NCBI GenBank assembly: GCA_951406725.2 | Contig: OX597826.1 | Span: forward strand, 1,488,001 to 1,552,000 | Source of the DNA: Octopus vulgaris | Lineage: Eukaryota | Direction of reading: 5' to 3' | Length of the DNA stretch: 64,000 nt | Shown: one piece after another, positions 25,034 to 36,840 of the stretch | Layout: every line of letters starts with the position of its first letter | Numbering within the stretch: the first letter of the stretch is position 1 | Position numbers and translations under genes: made by a program | Notes under the pieces: model-generated | Told to the model about the DNA's origin: nothing | The model's input: only the letters and a program-made list of their open reading frames with translations | Database searches by the model: none

Positions 25034-27013
25034 AAATTCCTGTGACTGCATTTGTGTGCATGTATATATTGTGTGTGAATGTATATATATATATTCCCAC
25101 CCATGCTAGCATGAAAGACGGATGTTAAATGACGACGATGATGGTGGTGTATGTGTTTGTATGTGTGTGTGTATATACTATATGCTTGTGTATGCACATA
25201 CATACACACACACACGTTCCCATGGAAGTCTAAGTATGGTGAGTCATATATAATTTATGAAATATCAATCAAAATATACAGTCACATAAAAGGAACATAT
25301 TTCAACACAATCATTATTCATTAGTCTGTTTTGAATCTTTTCAAAATACATTTCAAAATGAAGTCTGACATTTTCAATTATCATTATTATCATTATTATT
25401 ATCATCATCATCATCATCGTCTTTATTATTATTACTATCATTATTATGCAAAAAATAATGTTATTGATTTCTTACATAAACACAAAAGCATCAGTTTTGG
25501 AAAGGAATGGGGAAGCGGTATTTAAGTGTGTTTACTTTTGTAGTTTTCAGGTATTTTGTTTGATGATGGTGAACTTTCCCCCCCAGCAGTGAATTGATGA
25601 CAGTGGACTCACTGGACACAGAATCTCCCCGAGAAGGCTACATTAAGGCTACACATGTCTGTGGAATACTCAGCCACTTGCATGTATCAAACTCATGACC
25701 TGATAATCCTGAGCCAAATACTCTAAATGCTAAGCTACACACCCTCCAAAAAAGAAAAATAACAGCAGACACACAAACATGATTTCGAGCATGTTTCTAT
25801 CACATTGCTTGCTAAGAGACGACCCTGATTACGCCACACCATGCTTGCCACTCTCTGTCTCTCAAATTTGGGAGGAATTTAAATCTATTTTCCTCTTCTT
25901 ATTTTCATTTTTATCTTGTTTTTCAATAATGCTATTTTTATCACCACATGATAATTGGTCAGTTAGTATGCTTAATAGGATAGGTTATATAACCACATAT
26001 CTAAATAAATAGGTTTGTTGTAAATTTGTTTTGGATTATTACATTGAAGAAAACACTTCTGGGGATCAATTTGATCAACTAACTCTTTCAAGACGTTACC
26101 CCAATAAAATTGTAAAAGAATATATTCTGTCCAAGCTGAAGTTTTCTATTTCTTGGGTGTTCTTCAGAGCAAATGTGCAGCAGAGGGGAAACTTGATGTG
26201 ATGGAGTGAGGATTTGGCTTTGAATGAATGAACTCTAATACATGTATTGAGTAGTTTTTCTCTCAATTTGACATCCAAAGGTATATATTTGTATATATGT
26301 ACAGGAATTGCTGGATGGTTAAGAAGTTCACTCTGCAAACCACAAGTTTTCTGGTTCAGTTCCACTGTGTGCCACTTTGAGCAAATGTTTATTACTACAT
26401 ATCTTTTCAGCCAGTCTTGGAGGACCTATAATGGTCATAATAATAACTATGAACTTTTCATGCCACGCCTCTTCTTCCTGACAGTGATACCCTAATCCCA
26501 CCAAAAAATATTGATTGGAATAAGCTAAGAGTGATAATTAGGGAACTTGTAGTCTCTCTAGTCTAACACAAGTTAAAATAAATATTTGTCCTGAGCAAGA
26601 CATGAAACTGTAATTAGTGGTTTAGGCTCCAGCTTGAGAATTCAGTAGTTTTAGGGACTATTGAGCCACTTCTTAGTCACTACTATTCTCATGTTCACTC
26701 TGGCACAAGGTGGTAGTACTAATTGTAGGTGCCATTTACAAATCAGAAAGCAGAAGATAGTCCTATAGCTAAGGCTTATACAAAACTTGGAGGGGGGGGG
26801 CTGGTCCAGGCCTACTAATATGTGGAAATGCCTTGACATCATGTGAACAGGTCCTTCTGCTTAAGTGTTAAATAGTCCTTGCGCCTAAAGGGTAAGCTCA
26901 AGAAAGCAGAAAACTAGCAGAGTAAACGGTAAATAAAGTAAGCAGTAATATTTATTTCCACTTAAAATGTAGATGTGCTGTTAGAAAAAAAACTATCTCT
27001 AGCAGTTGAGCAT

Positions 27014-27073
27014 ACAGCACTGATGAGACCAAGGAAGGTTGAAATCACATGATCTGGTGGTCTCAGTATTGGA
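27014..27073 (+). ncRNA. Hammerhead-like motif, retrozyme unit 1
   Basis: CTGATGA (27020-27026)-GACC-aaggaa-GGTT-GAAA-TCAC-atgatctg-GTGG-TC. Confidence 0.65.
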
Positions 27074-27256
27074 GTTTGTGGGGAGTAATCTCCCTACTAA
27101 TGGTATAAACAAGTGTGCGTTTTGCACCAAAAGCCTATATGAGAATTTTTCTGATGGTAAAAGGAAGCTCACTAGCTAACTGTAACACCAGTAGCTTGTT
27201 CAGGCACTAATTGCTAGTGGGGAGATGGGTCACTGCTATCTCTAGTGGCTGAGCAT

Positions 27257-27316
27257 CCATCATCGATGAGTCTAACGAAGGTCAAAACCACATGATCTGG
27301 TGGTCTCAGAGCTGGA
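27257..27316 (+). ncRNA. Hammerhead-like motif, retrozyme unit 2 (core mutated)
   Basis: TCGATGA (27263-27269)-GTCT-aacgaa-GGTC-AAAA-CCAC-atgatctg-GTGG-TC. Confidence 0.5.
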
Positions 27317-28117
27317 GTTGGTAGGGAGTAGTTTTCCTGCTAGCAAATATAAACAAATGTGCATTTGACACCTAAAGCCAATATGAGAGTTTCTCTCATG
27401 GTAAAAGAATCTACAACAGTAAATAATCTCGTAGAAAGCAGCAGGAAACAATTGCTGCACGTTTCTGAAGAAAAATCATGCATCTTCAGAGTTTGGTGTG
27501 AGAGTTCATGATCACAGTTGTCTGTAGGCAAGTCACATGAAAGAGATTAATAAATATCCTTGTTATTTGCCAAATGTCTGCCCTGTGCTTTGTATTAGAT
27601 AATAATAACAAAACTCATCTGCTCTGTGCTAAATTCATTACCCATTTCAAAATGATTTTGCTAACAAATGATTTGGGGAGGGTTGGGGTTAAAAACAAAA
27701 AATAAAAAACGGTTTGTGTGTCAAAACAGAACAATTATTTTAGCTTTTTATTTGGTCAATTACTAAATAAAACACAGGAAAGATAATTATCAATTAACTC
27801 ATGTAAAATGGAACAAAAATATATATTTGTGTCAATGTTTGACTTCTACGTTCTATTAAAACAAAAAAAAGCAACATAGACAATGTTTCTTGAACAAACT
27901 GTCTGTACACACACACACACACACACACATTTAGCAAGTAAATAACAGAGTCAGATGATAACTGATGATAACTGATGGTGGTGGTGGTGGTGGTGTCAAC
28001 AAAAATGGCAGAATTCTGAATAAGTTTGTGTGACTTAGGTGAGGAGAGAAAGAATCTGACAATGCAGGACTGGCTCTGATTATGAGAAAAGAAATTCTTC
28101 AACAGAGGGGTTGGATA

Positions 28118-28487
28118 GTTTCAGTCATTTGAATGTGGCCATGCTGGAGCACCGCCTTTAGTCGAGCAAATCGACCCCAGGACTTACTCTTTGTAAGCCT
28201 AGTACTTATTCTATCAGTCTCTTTTGCCGAACCGCTATGTTACAGGGGACATAAACAAACCAGCATCAGTTGTCAAGCGATGTTGGGGAGACAAACACAG
28301 ACACCCAAACATACACACTCACATATACGACGAGCTTCTTTCAGTTTCCGTCTACCAAATCCACCCACAAGGGTTGGCCTGAGGCTATAGTAGAAGACAC
28401 TTGCCCAAGGTGCTACACAGTGGGACTGAACCCGGAACCATGTGGTTGGTAAGCAAGCTACTTACCACACAGCCACTCCTACACCTA
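28118..28487 (-). mobile_element. SINE family A
   Basis: Reverse copy, near full length. Confidence 0.85.
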
Positions 28488-29136
28488 TAGTATTAAGAAT
28501 ATACAAACGATAGGGTGAGAAGAGAGGGATTACACCTACAAAAAATGATTGTAGATAATGCATAAAAAGAAGAAATGAAAAAAAATATATTCTTTTTGTA
28601 TTGTCATGTAACTATCATGATGTTGACCATTATCATTGTTTGAAGGGCCACTTTTCTGTGCCTGCAAGGGTTGGGTTGAATTTGTTGAGCCAGATGCCCT
28701 TCCTTTCACTAGCCCTCATCTGTTTCCAAGCAAGGTAATAATATTCCACCAAGGTCAGATGTGTTTTCACTGGAGATTGAAAATAAAGGACACCGTTTGC
28801 GTGACAGTGGAACTTGTTTACAATGATTGCACAAAATTAAGGCAAGAACAAGTAAAACACATACCTCACCCCCTACAACGTGTATGCATGTGTGTGTGTA
28901 TCTTGTATCTGATACATGTTTCAGTCATTAGACTACAGCCATGCTGGGGGCACTGCCATGACATTTTAGTGAATGAATCGATCCAATTACCTATTTTTTT
29001 TAAAGGCTGGTACTTATTCTATTGGTTTCTTATGCTGAACTGCCAAATTAGGAGGATGTAAACACACCAACACTGCATGTCAAGTGGTGGTGGAGAACAA
29101 ACACACACACATAGATCTATATACATACATATATAT

Positions 29137-29310
29137 CGTTGGACTCGACATATTTTTTTCATTCTCTCTGTTTATTTTCTCTTTTTCTGTTGAAGAGTGT
29201 AGGCTTGAAATGTAAAAGACCTTTTCATTTTTCCAGAGCATCAAACTAATAGACTTGCTTATTGTTCATACACCTGTCTTTGTCTTCCATTTTTCTATAA
29301 ATTTCAACTA
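29137..29310 (+). mobile_element. Short TA-flanked hammerhead-bearing repeat, copy 3, nested in the microsatellite of a family-A SINE
   Basis: TTTT-CTGTTGA-A-GAGT-gtag-GCTT-GAAA-TG-TA-AAAG (29183-29218). SINE A sequence continues on both sides (28915-29110 and 29325-29460). Confidence 0.65.
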
Positions 29311-29669
29311 TATATATATATATATACACGATGGGCTTCTTTCAATTTCTATCTACCAAATCCACTCACAAGGCTTTGGTCGGTCTGAGGCTATAGCAGA
29401 AAACACTTGCCCAAGGTACCATGCAGTGGGACTGAACACTAAACCATGCGGCTGAGAAGCATGTATATATATAGCTGGGACCCTGGTAGGTGCTACTACT
29501 CTGGATCAGAGTAAACCTAAGAACAATAATGGTTAACAGGTGGTTCCACACTCCTCAAAACCCTGAAACATCCAAACCAGAGTCTTGTTACCAAAAGCAG
29601 TTTTCCGGCTCCTGGAACTCTTTACAATATACTTTGTTGTTCTGCTTATGCGTGCGTTCCAATAATTGT

Positions 29670-30062
29670 GACAATGGTACCATTTTGCAGTACATAACTA
29701 CTGAAAGAGCCTTCAACTTCAAGTTAGAAACATTTGAAACTGTGATCAAGGAATTCCTTTATGCAGATGATGGCTTCCTGGCTCACACTGCAGGTACCAT
29801 ACACTATGTTATGGATCATACTGCCCCTTGATATATATATATATCCCTTGGCTTTAAAAAAAATAAGTCTAACAAAAACCAGTATAATGTTCACACCTGC
29901 ACCTAGTGAACCATATGTTGAACCAAGTATCATAGTATACAGTACAATATTAGGTGTAGTTGATATTTTTGTTTATCTGGGTGGAATGTTGTTGAGAGAT
30001 GTTTCCCCAGATGCAGAAATATATCTATGCATTCAGAAAGTATCTGTTGCATTGGAGAAGGT
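29670..30062 (+). mobile_element. RTE-clade LINE reverse transcriptase fragment (frameshifted)
   Basis: IKEFLYADD, then ISLTKTSIMFTPAPSEPYVEPSIIV...VVDIFVYLGGMLLRDVSPDAEIYLCIQKVSVALEK. Confidence 0.85.
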
Positions 30063-31293
30063 CTTCCTCTATAGGTATACTGGTGAAAATTGCAATTATC
30101 ACTAATAACAGTTGGTTAAATATCAAAAATATTTGTAATGTTTAATTGTTTAATAATCTTGTTATTTTCTGGGTTATTAACATCAAATTCAGAAAGATTT
30201 GTTTTCAAATATCATATTTGACAGATGGAACAGGAGATTCCCATTTCTTGCCCCACCAAAACAAATAAGTCTAAAAAAACACCCACTCCCAAGGTCTTAT
30301 ATATGCAAAGTTAGGCTGATATTGCTTTTTTTAATGTACAAAAAGCATATTTTCACCTGGATATGAGCTGCTGAAATTAGGGTGCATCTCATGACATTTT
30401 TTTCTTCTCCAAACACTGCCCAAAATCCAACCAGGGTTGTGTATGAAAAGTTGGGCCGATTTTGCATTCTTTAAGGCACTAAAAATTATTTTCCTAAATA
30501 TGTACCACTGAAATTGGAACACATCAAATATGCCTGTGTCTTTTATGCCATCAAATACAATACTTAACATCTACACCAGGTTTTCATCAGTCTAATCGTC
30601 AATTGTCATCTGTGTCTTATTTTTGCATACATACATATGTAACAATATGGTGGAAAGGATTCTAACTAGGAAATTTTATTTCCTGAATCAGGATTAAAAT
30701 GCACACACATAAATGGCAGCATGCACTGGGTTACTTACACATGTCTTGTCATAACAGTAGTTTTATATTTTGGACAACAGCATATCAATTCTATTCCAGT
30801 GTTATTAAAACCAGGGCAATTATCCTTTATTTGCCAATGAATTCTGGTTAACTTAATACAACTGGTGTTAAGGATGTTGAAATGTCATACTTGTTAATCA
30901 AATGGAATGCCTCGTTCTATTTTTTTTTTGGCTTTTGTTGGTAATGCTATTTAACATTTTTTGTCATTTCTGTGTTAAATTTTCAGTTTTTTTTGTTGTT
31001 TGAGAAAGAAAAAAACGCCCAAGAGTCAATAGTTTATTCTGATGTCCTGTCCTCACCACCACTTCAATCTACTTCCATGCTTTCTCTCTATCTGTCTGTC
31101 TGTCTGTCACCTACCTAGACTTCAGCATAATTAAAAAGTCATGAAACACACATACAATGCTTGTATGGACATGCATGCATAGACATACACAGAGTTGCCT
31201 ATTTAATTGTAAACTTGCAATCTTGTTGTCACATACACACGCAAGTGTACAGGTACACATTCAGATTCACATATCTACATAAATGCATAAAAG

Positions 31294-31326
<33 letters not shown>

Positions 31327-31474
31327 GCTGTGTGTGTGTTTGTCTTGACACTTGTATGTGAATGTGTGTCTATGCAGTTCACTTAAAAGTTGCTAATAGC
31401 AGAAACCTATCCAAAATCATGCATACATATGCACACATGCATATAAACGCATACACAAACACACATGCATATAC

Positions 31475-31856
31475 TCTCTTTTCTTTTACTCTCTTTTCCT
31501 TGTTTCAGTCATCTGACTGTGGCCATGCTGGAGGACTGCCTTTAGTCGAGCAAATCGACCCCGGGACTTATTCTTTGTAAGCCTAGTACTTATTCTATTG
31601 GTCTCTTTTGCCGAACCGCTAAGTGATGTTGGGGGACAAACACAGACACACAAACACATACACACACACATATATATATACATACATATATACGACAGGC
31701 TTCTTTCAGTTTCTGTCTACCAAATCCACTCACAAGGCATTGGTCGGCCTGGGGCTATAGCAGAAGACACTTGCCCAAGATGCCACGCAGTGGGACTGAA
31801 CCCAGAACCATGTGGTTGGTTAGCAAGCTACTTCCCACACAGCCACTCCTGTGCCT
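31475..31856 (-). mobile_element. SINE family A
   Basis: Reverse copy, near full length. Confidence 0.85.
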
Positions 31857-32076
31857 ATATAAATAAATTATATATAAAATTATGAATTTAGCTATTATCA
31901 ATTGATTCCAGCTTTCAATTACAAGTTTCTATAAAAATAAAAATAAAAAAAAGGGAAAATTTAATAATACTCAAAGTATTTCCAGTTCAAACATATTTTT
32001 TAATTAATTTTTTTAGCAGAATATAAATTCACCAAGAAAGAGGCATAAATTTTAATTAATACGAAGTCAACTCATC

Positions 32077-32111
<35 letters not shown>

Positions 32112-32511
32112 CAGCATTATTATCGTTATTTTCCAATGCTGGTGAGCCTGAATTTTATTTCAATTTTTTACTTTGGCAACCAGAAAAATGGGTAAATTGA
32201 CAAATTAAACAACTTAAAAATGCTAAGTTGTTTGACCCCAGAAAGAAATCTGTGGTTTGACAAGTTTTTAGTGAGTAGAAGTGAAGTTGCGTTTGGGGGT
32301 GTGTGTAATACATGCATGTAAACGGGCGTTTACAAACACTTCTGTCTATTTATCTAGCTATACACATATATACATGTATAATTATATACATACATACATG
32401 ATGATACATGCATAGTAAGTGCAGTTCAAAATATATTTTTTATCCAAGTACAAAAAAGTTGATATGCATGTTATATATAAATACAAAAGCAAACGTACAC
32501 ACACACACACA

Positions 32512-32758
32512 TTGGGTTGGTGAATAATTATTGCCGCTTTTTTCAACAAATTTTATTCAACAAAAACGATAACAATATTTAACAAAAACATCTATAAATG
32601 ACGGGTCTGACTGTCTGCCCAGCAAATAGGAAGCAGGAATTGAAGTAGATGGTGAATATGCTCCGGAATAATCATTTAAAGATGTTTTTGTTACATGTTA
32701 TTGTTTTTGCTAAATAAAATTTGTTGAAAAAAGCCACAAAAATTATGCACCAACCCAA
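32512..32758. mobile_element. Mariner-type MITE with ~90-bp TIRs (TTGGGTTGGTG..ATAATT)
   Basis: ttgggttggtgaataatt...aaaaacatctataaatga is mirrored by tcatttaaagatgttttt...aattatgcaccaacccaa, followed by TA. Confidence 0.85.
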
Positions 32759-32924
32759 TACATCACTATTTGATTTGATTCCATTATTACAAATATATAT
32801 ATATATATATCAACAGAAATAAATATCAATTCAGATATAACAACAATATTTTCATGTAAAATACACTTCAAAGTGCTCAGTAAAATTGTTACAAAACATA
32901 ACTAAAATAGATTCAAAGATATAC

Positions 32925-33148
32925 TCTTACTCTTTTACTCTTTTAGTTGTTTCAGTCATTCGACTGCGGCCATGCTGGAGCACCGCCTTTAATCAAGCAA
33001 CTCGACCCCGGGACTTATTCTTTTGTAAGCCCAGTACTTATTCTATCGGTCTCTTTTGCTGAACCGCTAAGTAACAGGGACATAAACACACCAGCATCGG
33101 TTGTCAAGCAATGTTAGGGGGACAATCACAGACACACAAACACACACA

Positions 33149-33188
<40 letters not shown>

Positions 33189-33355
33189 TACAACGGGCTT
33201 CTTTTCAGTTTCCATCTACCAAATCCACTCACAAGGCTTTGGTCGGCCCGAGGCTATAGTAGAAGACACATGCCCAAGGTGCCACGCAGTGGGACTGAAC
33301 CCGGAACCATGTGGTTGGTAAACAAGCTACTTACCACACAGCCACTCCTGCGCCT
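32925..33355 (-). mobile_element. SINE family A (young, CpG-retaining copy)
   Basis: Full-length reverse copy ending cagccactcctgcgcc. Confidence 0.9.
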
Positions 33356-33535
33356 TATTATTATAAATAATATAATAATATATAAAAGAAAGGCAAGTGA
33401 TAAGATATAAAAATAGCTTAAAGTAAATATATACATAGGCATAAGCATAGCTGTGAGGTTAGAAAATTTGCTTTACCACTTATGTGGAAGCCCATCATGT
33501 GTGCATGTAAATGTGTGTGTGTGTGTGTGTGTGTA

Positions 33536-33726
33536 TGCAGAGGTGCTGAAAAGTTCCTGGCTTTCTGAGAGGCCTGGCTGGAATCCCAACCTTCCAAGTT
33601 CTTTTACAGGGCTTAGAAGAATTGAAGGACCGCTGCAATAAGTGCGTGAATCTGAGAATATGTTGAATCATAACTGATTCTCATATATTTTCTTTTATCC
33701 AAAGCCAGGAACTTTTCAGCACTCCA
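33536..33726. mobile_element. Mariner-type MITE, same family
   Basis: gtgctgaaaagttcctggcttt / aaagccaggaacttttcagcac. Confidence 0.8.
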
Positions 33727-33812
33727 TAATGTGTGTGTGTGTGTGTATGCAAATATATATGCTTGGTCACAGTCAAATGACTTAAAAGAATAAAAAAATA
33801 TATATACCCACA

Positions 33813-34007
33813 TGAGTGGGTGTGAAAAGTTCCTGGTTTTAAGAGCATTGCGAAAGGTTTGGTTCTTGTATGAGGCTTAGAAATACTGAAGGACTGCTGC
33901 AATAAGTGTGTGAATCTGAGAGAGGAATATGTTGAATAAAACCATAATTGACTGATTCTCCTGCATTTTTGTCTACTGAAAGCCAAGAACTTTTCACCAC
34001 CCTCTTG
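33813..34007. mobile_element. Mariner-type MITE, same family
   Basis: gtgaaaagttcctggtttt / aaagccaagaacttttcacc. Confidence 0.8.
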
Positions 34008-34046
<39 letters not shown>

Positions 34047-34087
34047 TAATAACGGTGCATCAGCATGGCCGCAGCTCTGAGCTGAAA

Positions 34088-34126
<39 letters not shown>

Positions 34127-34645
34127 ATTACCATCATCATCATTTAATGTCTGTTTTTCCAAACTAACATGGGTTGGATCGTTTGACAAGATCTTGCAAG
34201 TCACAGGGCTGCACCGAATTCCAGTGTTAGCTTTGGCACAGTTTCTAGTGCTGGATGCCCTTCTTAATATCAATTACATTAAAATGTGTACTGGGTGGCA
34301 CGTTGCTTTGTGCCACTGGCACTAGTGAGGTTTCTGAGAAACTTGTAAGACAGAAAATAGACCAAGGAAAAGACTTCTAAGTGGTGGGGGAGTGTTTGAG
34401 AAGGGGAGGCAGCTTTATGCCTGGTGTTGAAAGACTAAAGCATGATAGAGGGTCAAGTGCAGGAGTCTTGCTAGAGTGAAGATATATGGCTACCCTACAT
34501 TATAGGGGTGGGTGGGAGTAGATGAGAAGGAGATCTAAGAGTCATGATGAATGCCTAAGGAAATCTCTCAAGGTGAGCAGAAGATGGGATATGGACAGTG
34601 GGTCACGAAGGGGGTGGGGAAGAGTTGATACTTTCGTGATGTGGA

Positions 34646-35134
34646 CTGGGCCGGATTAAGACCCATAGAGGCCCTATAAGCACTTAAAAGATTTTGGTGA
34701 AATAAATTTGTATTTTCCATAATGAAACAAAACTAACCATGAGATGGAAAATAATGTTTATTTCTCCTACTTTTTTTTTTAATTGCAAAGTCTTTGATGA
34801 AATTCTCAAAATTAATTTTACGTAATACAGTTGCTTCTAAACTTAGTAGATCAAAGGCATCCAGCCTGCTCTGTTGCCTTGTTGTTCTGATGGGATTTTT
34901 AATAAACTTCAGCTGAGAAAATGAATGCTCAGCTGAGCAATTTGTGATCATTAATGTTAAAAATATACTAAAGACAATTTTTACATTTGGAAAGGCACGC
35001 TCAATAATGTTTATTTTAGCAAGTTTGGGGTGATTTCTTTTGTGCCATAAACCATTTACCATTTCTGTGGTGCCCCACTTTCCTTTGATGGCTTAAGCAC
35101 ATGCTAATTTTGCTTAATGGTTAATCCAGTGCTG
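34646..35134 (-). mobile_element. hAT-superfamily deletion derivative retaining the C-terminal dimerisation domain
   Basis: Imperfect TIRs ctgggccggattaa (34646) and ttaatccagtgctg (ends 35134). The internal minus ORF reads FPNVKIVFSIFLTLMITNCSAEHSFSQLKFIKNPIRTTRQQSRLDAFDLLSLE. Confidence 0.85.
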
Positions 35135-35732
35135 AATATGAGGGGAGATTAACAGATGGTTACAGATGGGGATAAAGGTGAATGTAGTGTGTGATGGGCA
35201 AGGATGGAGGTGCTACTAATGGGAAATATCAGTATAGAGAGATGTATGAGCATGTGTGTGTCTTTGTGCCTGCGTTTGTCTCCTCCTTCCCCATCGTTCG
35301 ACAACAGGTGTCTATTTATGTCCCTATAACTTAACAGTTTGGCAAAACAGATCAATAGAATAAGTACCACACTTAAAATAAATAAGTCCTGGGGTCAATT
35401 TGTTTGACTGAACCCTTTAAGGCAGTGCCCCAGCATGGCCACAGTTCAATGACTGAAGCAAATTAAAGCAGGCAAAACAACATGCATATGAAAATGATAC
35501 ACCCATACCAGGCATTCGTTATTACCATCTGATGAAGAGTCATGTGACATGGGTGTTTAACATGTGCAGGTTAGTGTGCAAGGAGTGTATTATCCTGTCC
35601 AGGAAGGTCATTGTCGTTAACATCATTCTATTGTCATCATCATCAGCATCAGCAGCAACAGCAATGAGTAATATAACTATTTAGTTTAGATAGTAATACT
35701 TCAATTCATTTTATCTCTTCTGTTGTGTGTGC

Positions 35733-35789
<57 letters not shown>

Positions 35790-35912
35790 TACAGATGGAG
35801 GTAATTAAGAAAGGGAAACACCATAATAAATTTATAAGCAGTGTATTTGAGTGTGTGTGTATTGTGTGTGCATGTACATCATCATCATCATGTATATGAA
35901 AATAAACTTCTT

Positions 35913-35955
<43 letters not shown>

Positions 35956-36039
35956 TGCTAATCTTAGATCCAAAAGTAGATATACAAAACTATAAACATG
36001 CATACATGAATTCATAAACACACACACATAAATATATAT

Positions 36040-36079
<40 letters not shown>

Positions 36080-36459
36080 GTGTATGTATATACATGTATG
36101 TATGTGTGTATATATATATATATATATGCACACACACACACACACACGTACATACATACATACATACATGCACACAGTCGATGAGCTGCTTGTACATATT
36201 TTGCAAATGTCAGGCAATTCCCACCAAGTTGGTTTCTTCGCCTCATATTTAACAACCGTTATCCTATAATTCCTGCTACAATGTGAGGCGAACTTTGAGA
36301 ATATGAAAGTAAGTCTATGCCTGTGACATATACAAAAGAGACTGACCTAGTCACAACAACTCCAAAAATCAAACCACACACACACACACACACACACATC
36401 ATTGATATGGATGTTAAGATTTTTGTGAGAATCTGATAGGATTTTCCAATTCATTTTTT

Positions 36460-36840
36460 ATCTTTAACTCATTTCAGTCACTGGACTGCAGCCATTCTGG
36501 GGCACCACTTTGAAAGTTAGTCAAACATATCAACGTCTGTATTTAATTTTTTTTTATTTTTGCAGTCTGCTACATATTCTATTGGTCTCTTTTGCTGAAC
36601 TGCTAAGTTATGGGGATGTAAACAAACCAACACCAGTTGTCAAGCTGTGGTGAGGGACAAACACACACACATACGACAGGCTTCTTTCAGTTTCCATTTA
36701 CCAAATCCATTTCTAAGGGTTTTGTCAGCCCAGGGCTATATCATAGAAGACACTTGCCAAGAGTATCATGCATTGGGACTGAACCCAAGACCACATGGTT
36801 GAGAAGCAAGTGTATTAACCACACAGCCACACCTATGCCT
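36460..36840 (-). mobile_element. SINE family A
   Basis: Diverged reverse copy. Confidence 0.8.

Larger units (their letters stand above)
26993..27410 (+). mobile_element. Tandem 243-bp hammerhead-containing repeat (about 1.7 units), non-LTR retrozyme-like
   Basis: Units start at ctatctctag (26993 and 27236). Each has a CTGATGA/TCGATGA core, stem II, GAAA/AAAA, stem III (T/C)CAC..GTGG and GTC, plus several further hairpins. Confidence 0.7.

Noticed and set aside
34733-35062. ZMYM1-like host gene exon
   Set aside because: Bounded by hAT TIRs; no splice evidence.
35526-35556. Isolated CTGATGA motifs (also near 3397, 7885, 16870, 43815, 50153)
   Set aside because: No stem II followed by GAAA and an NUH site.
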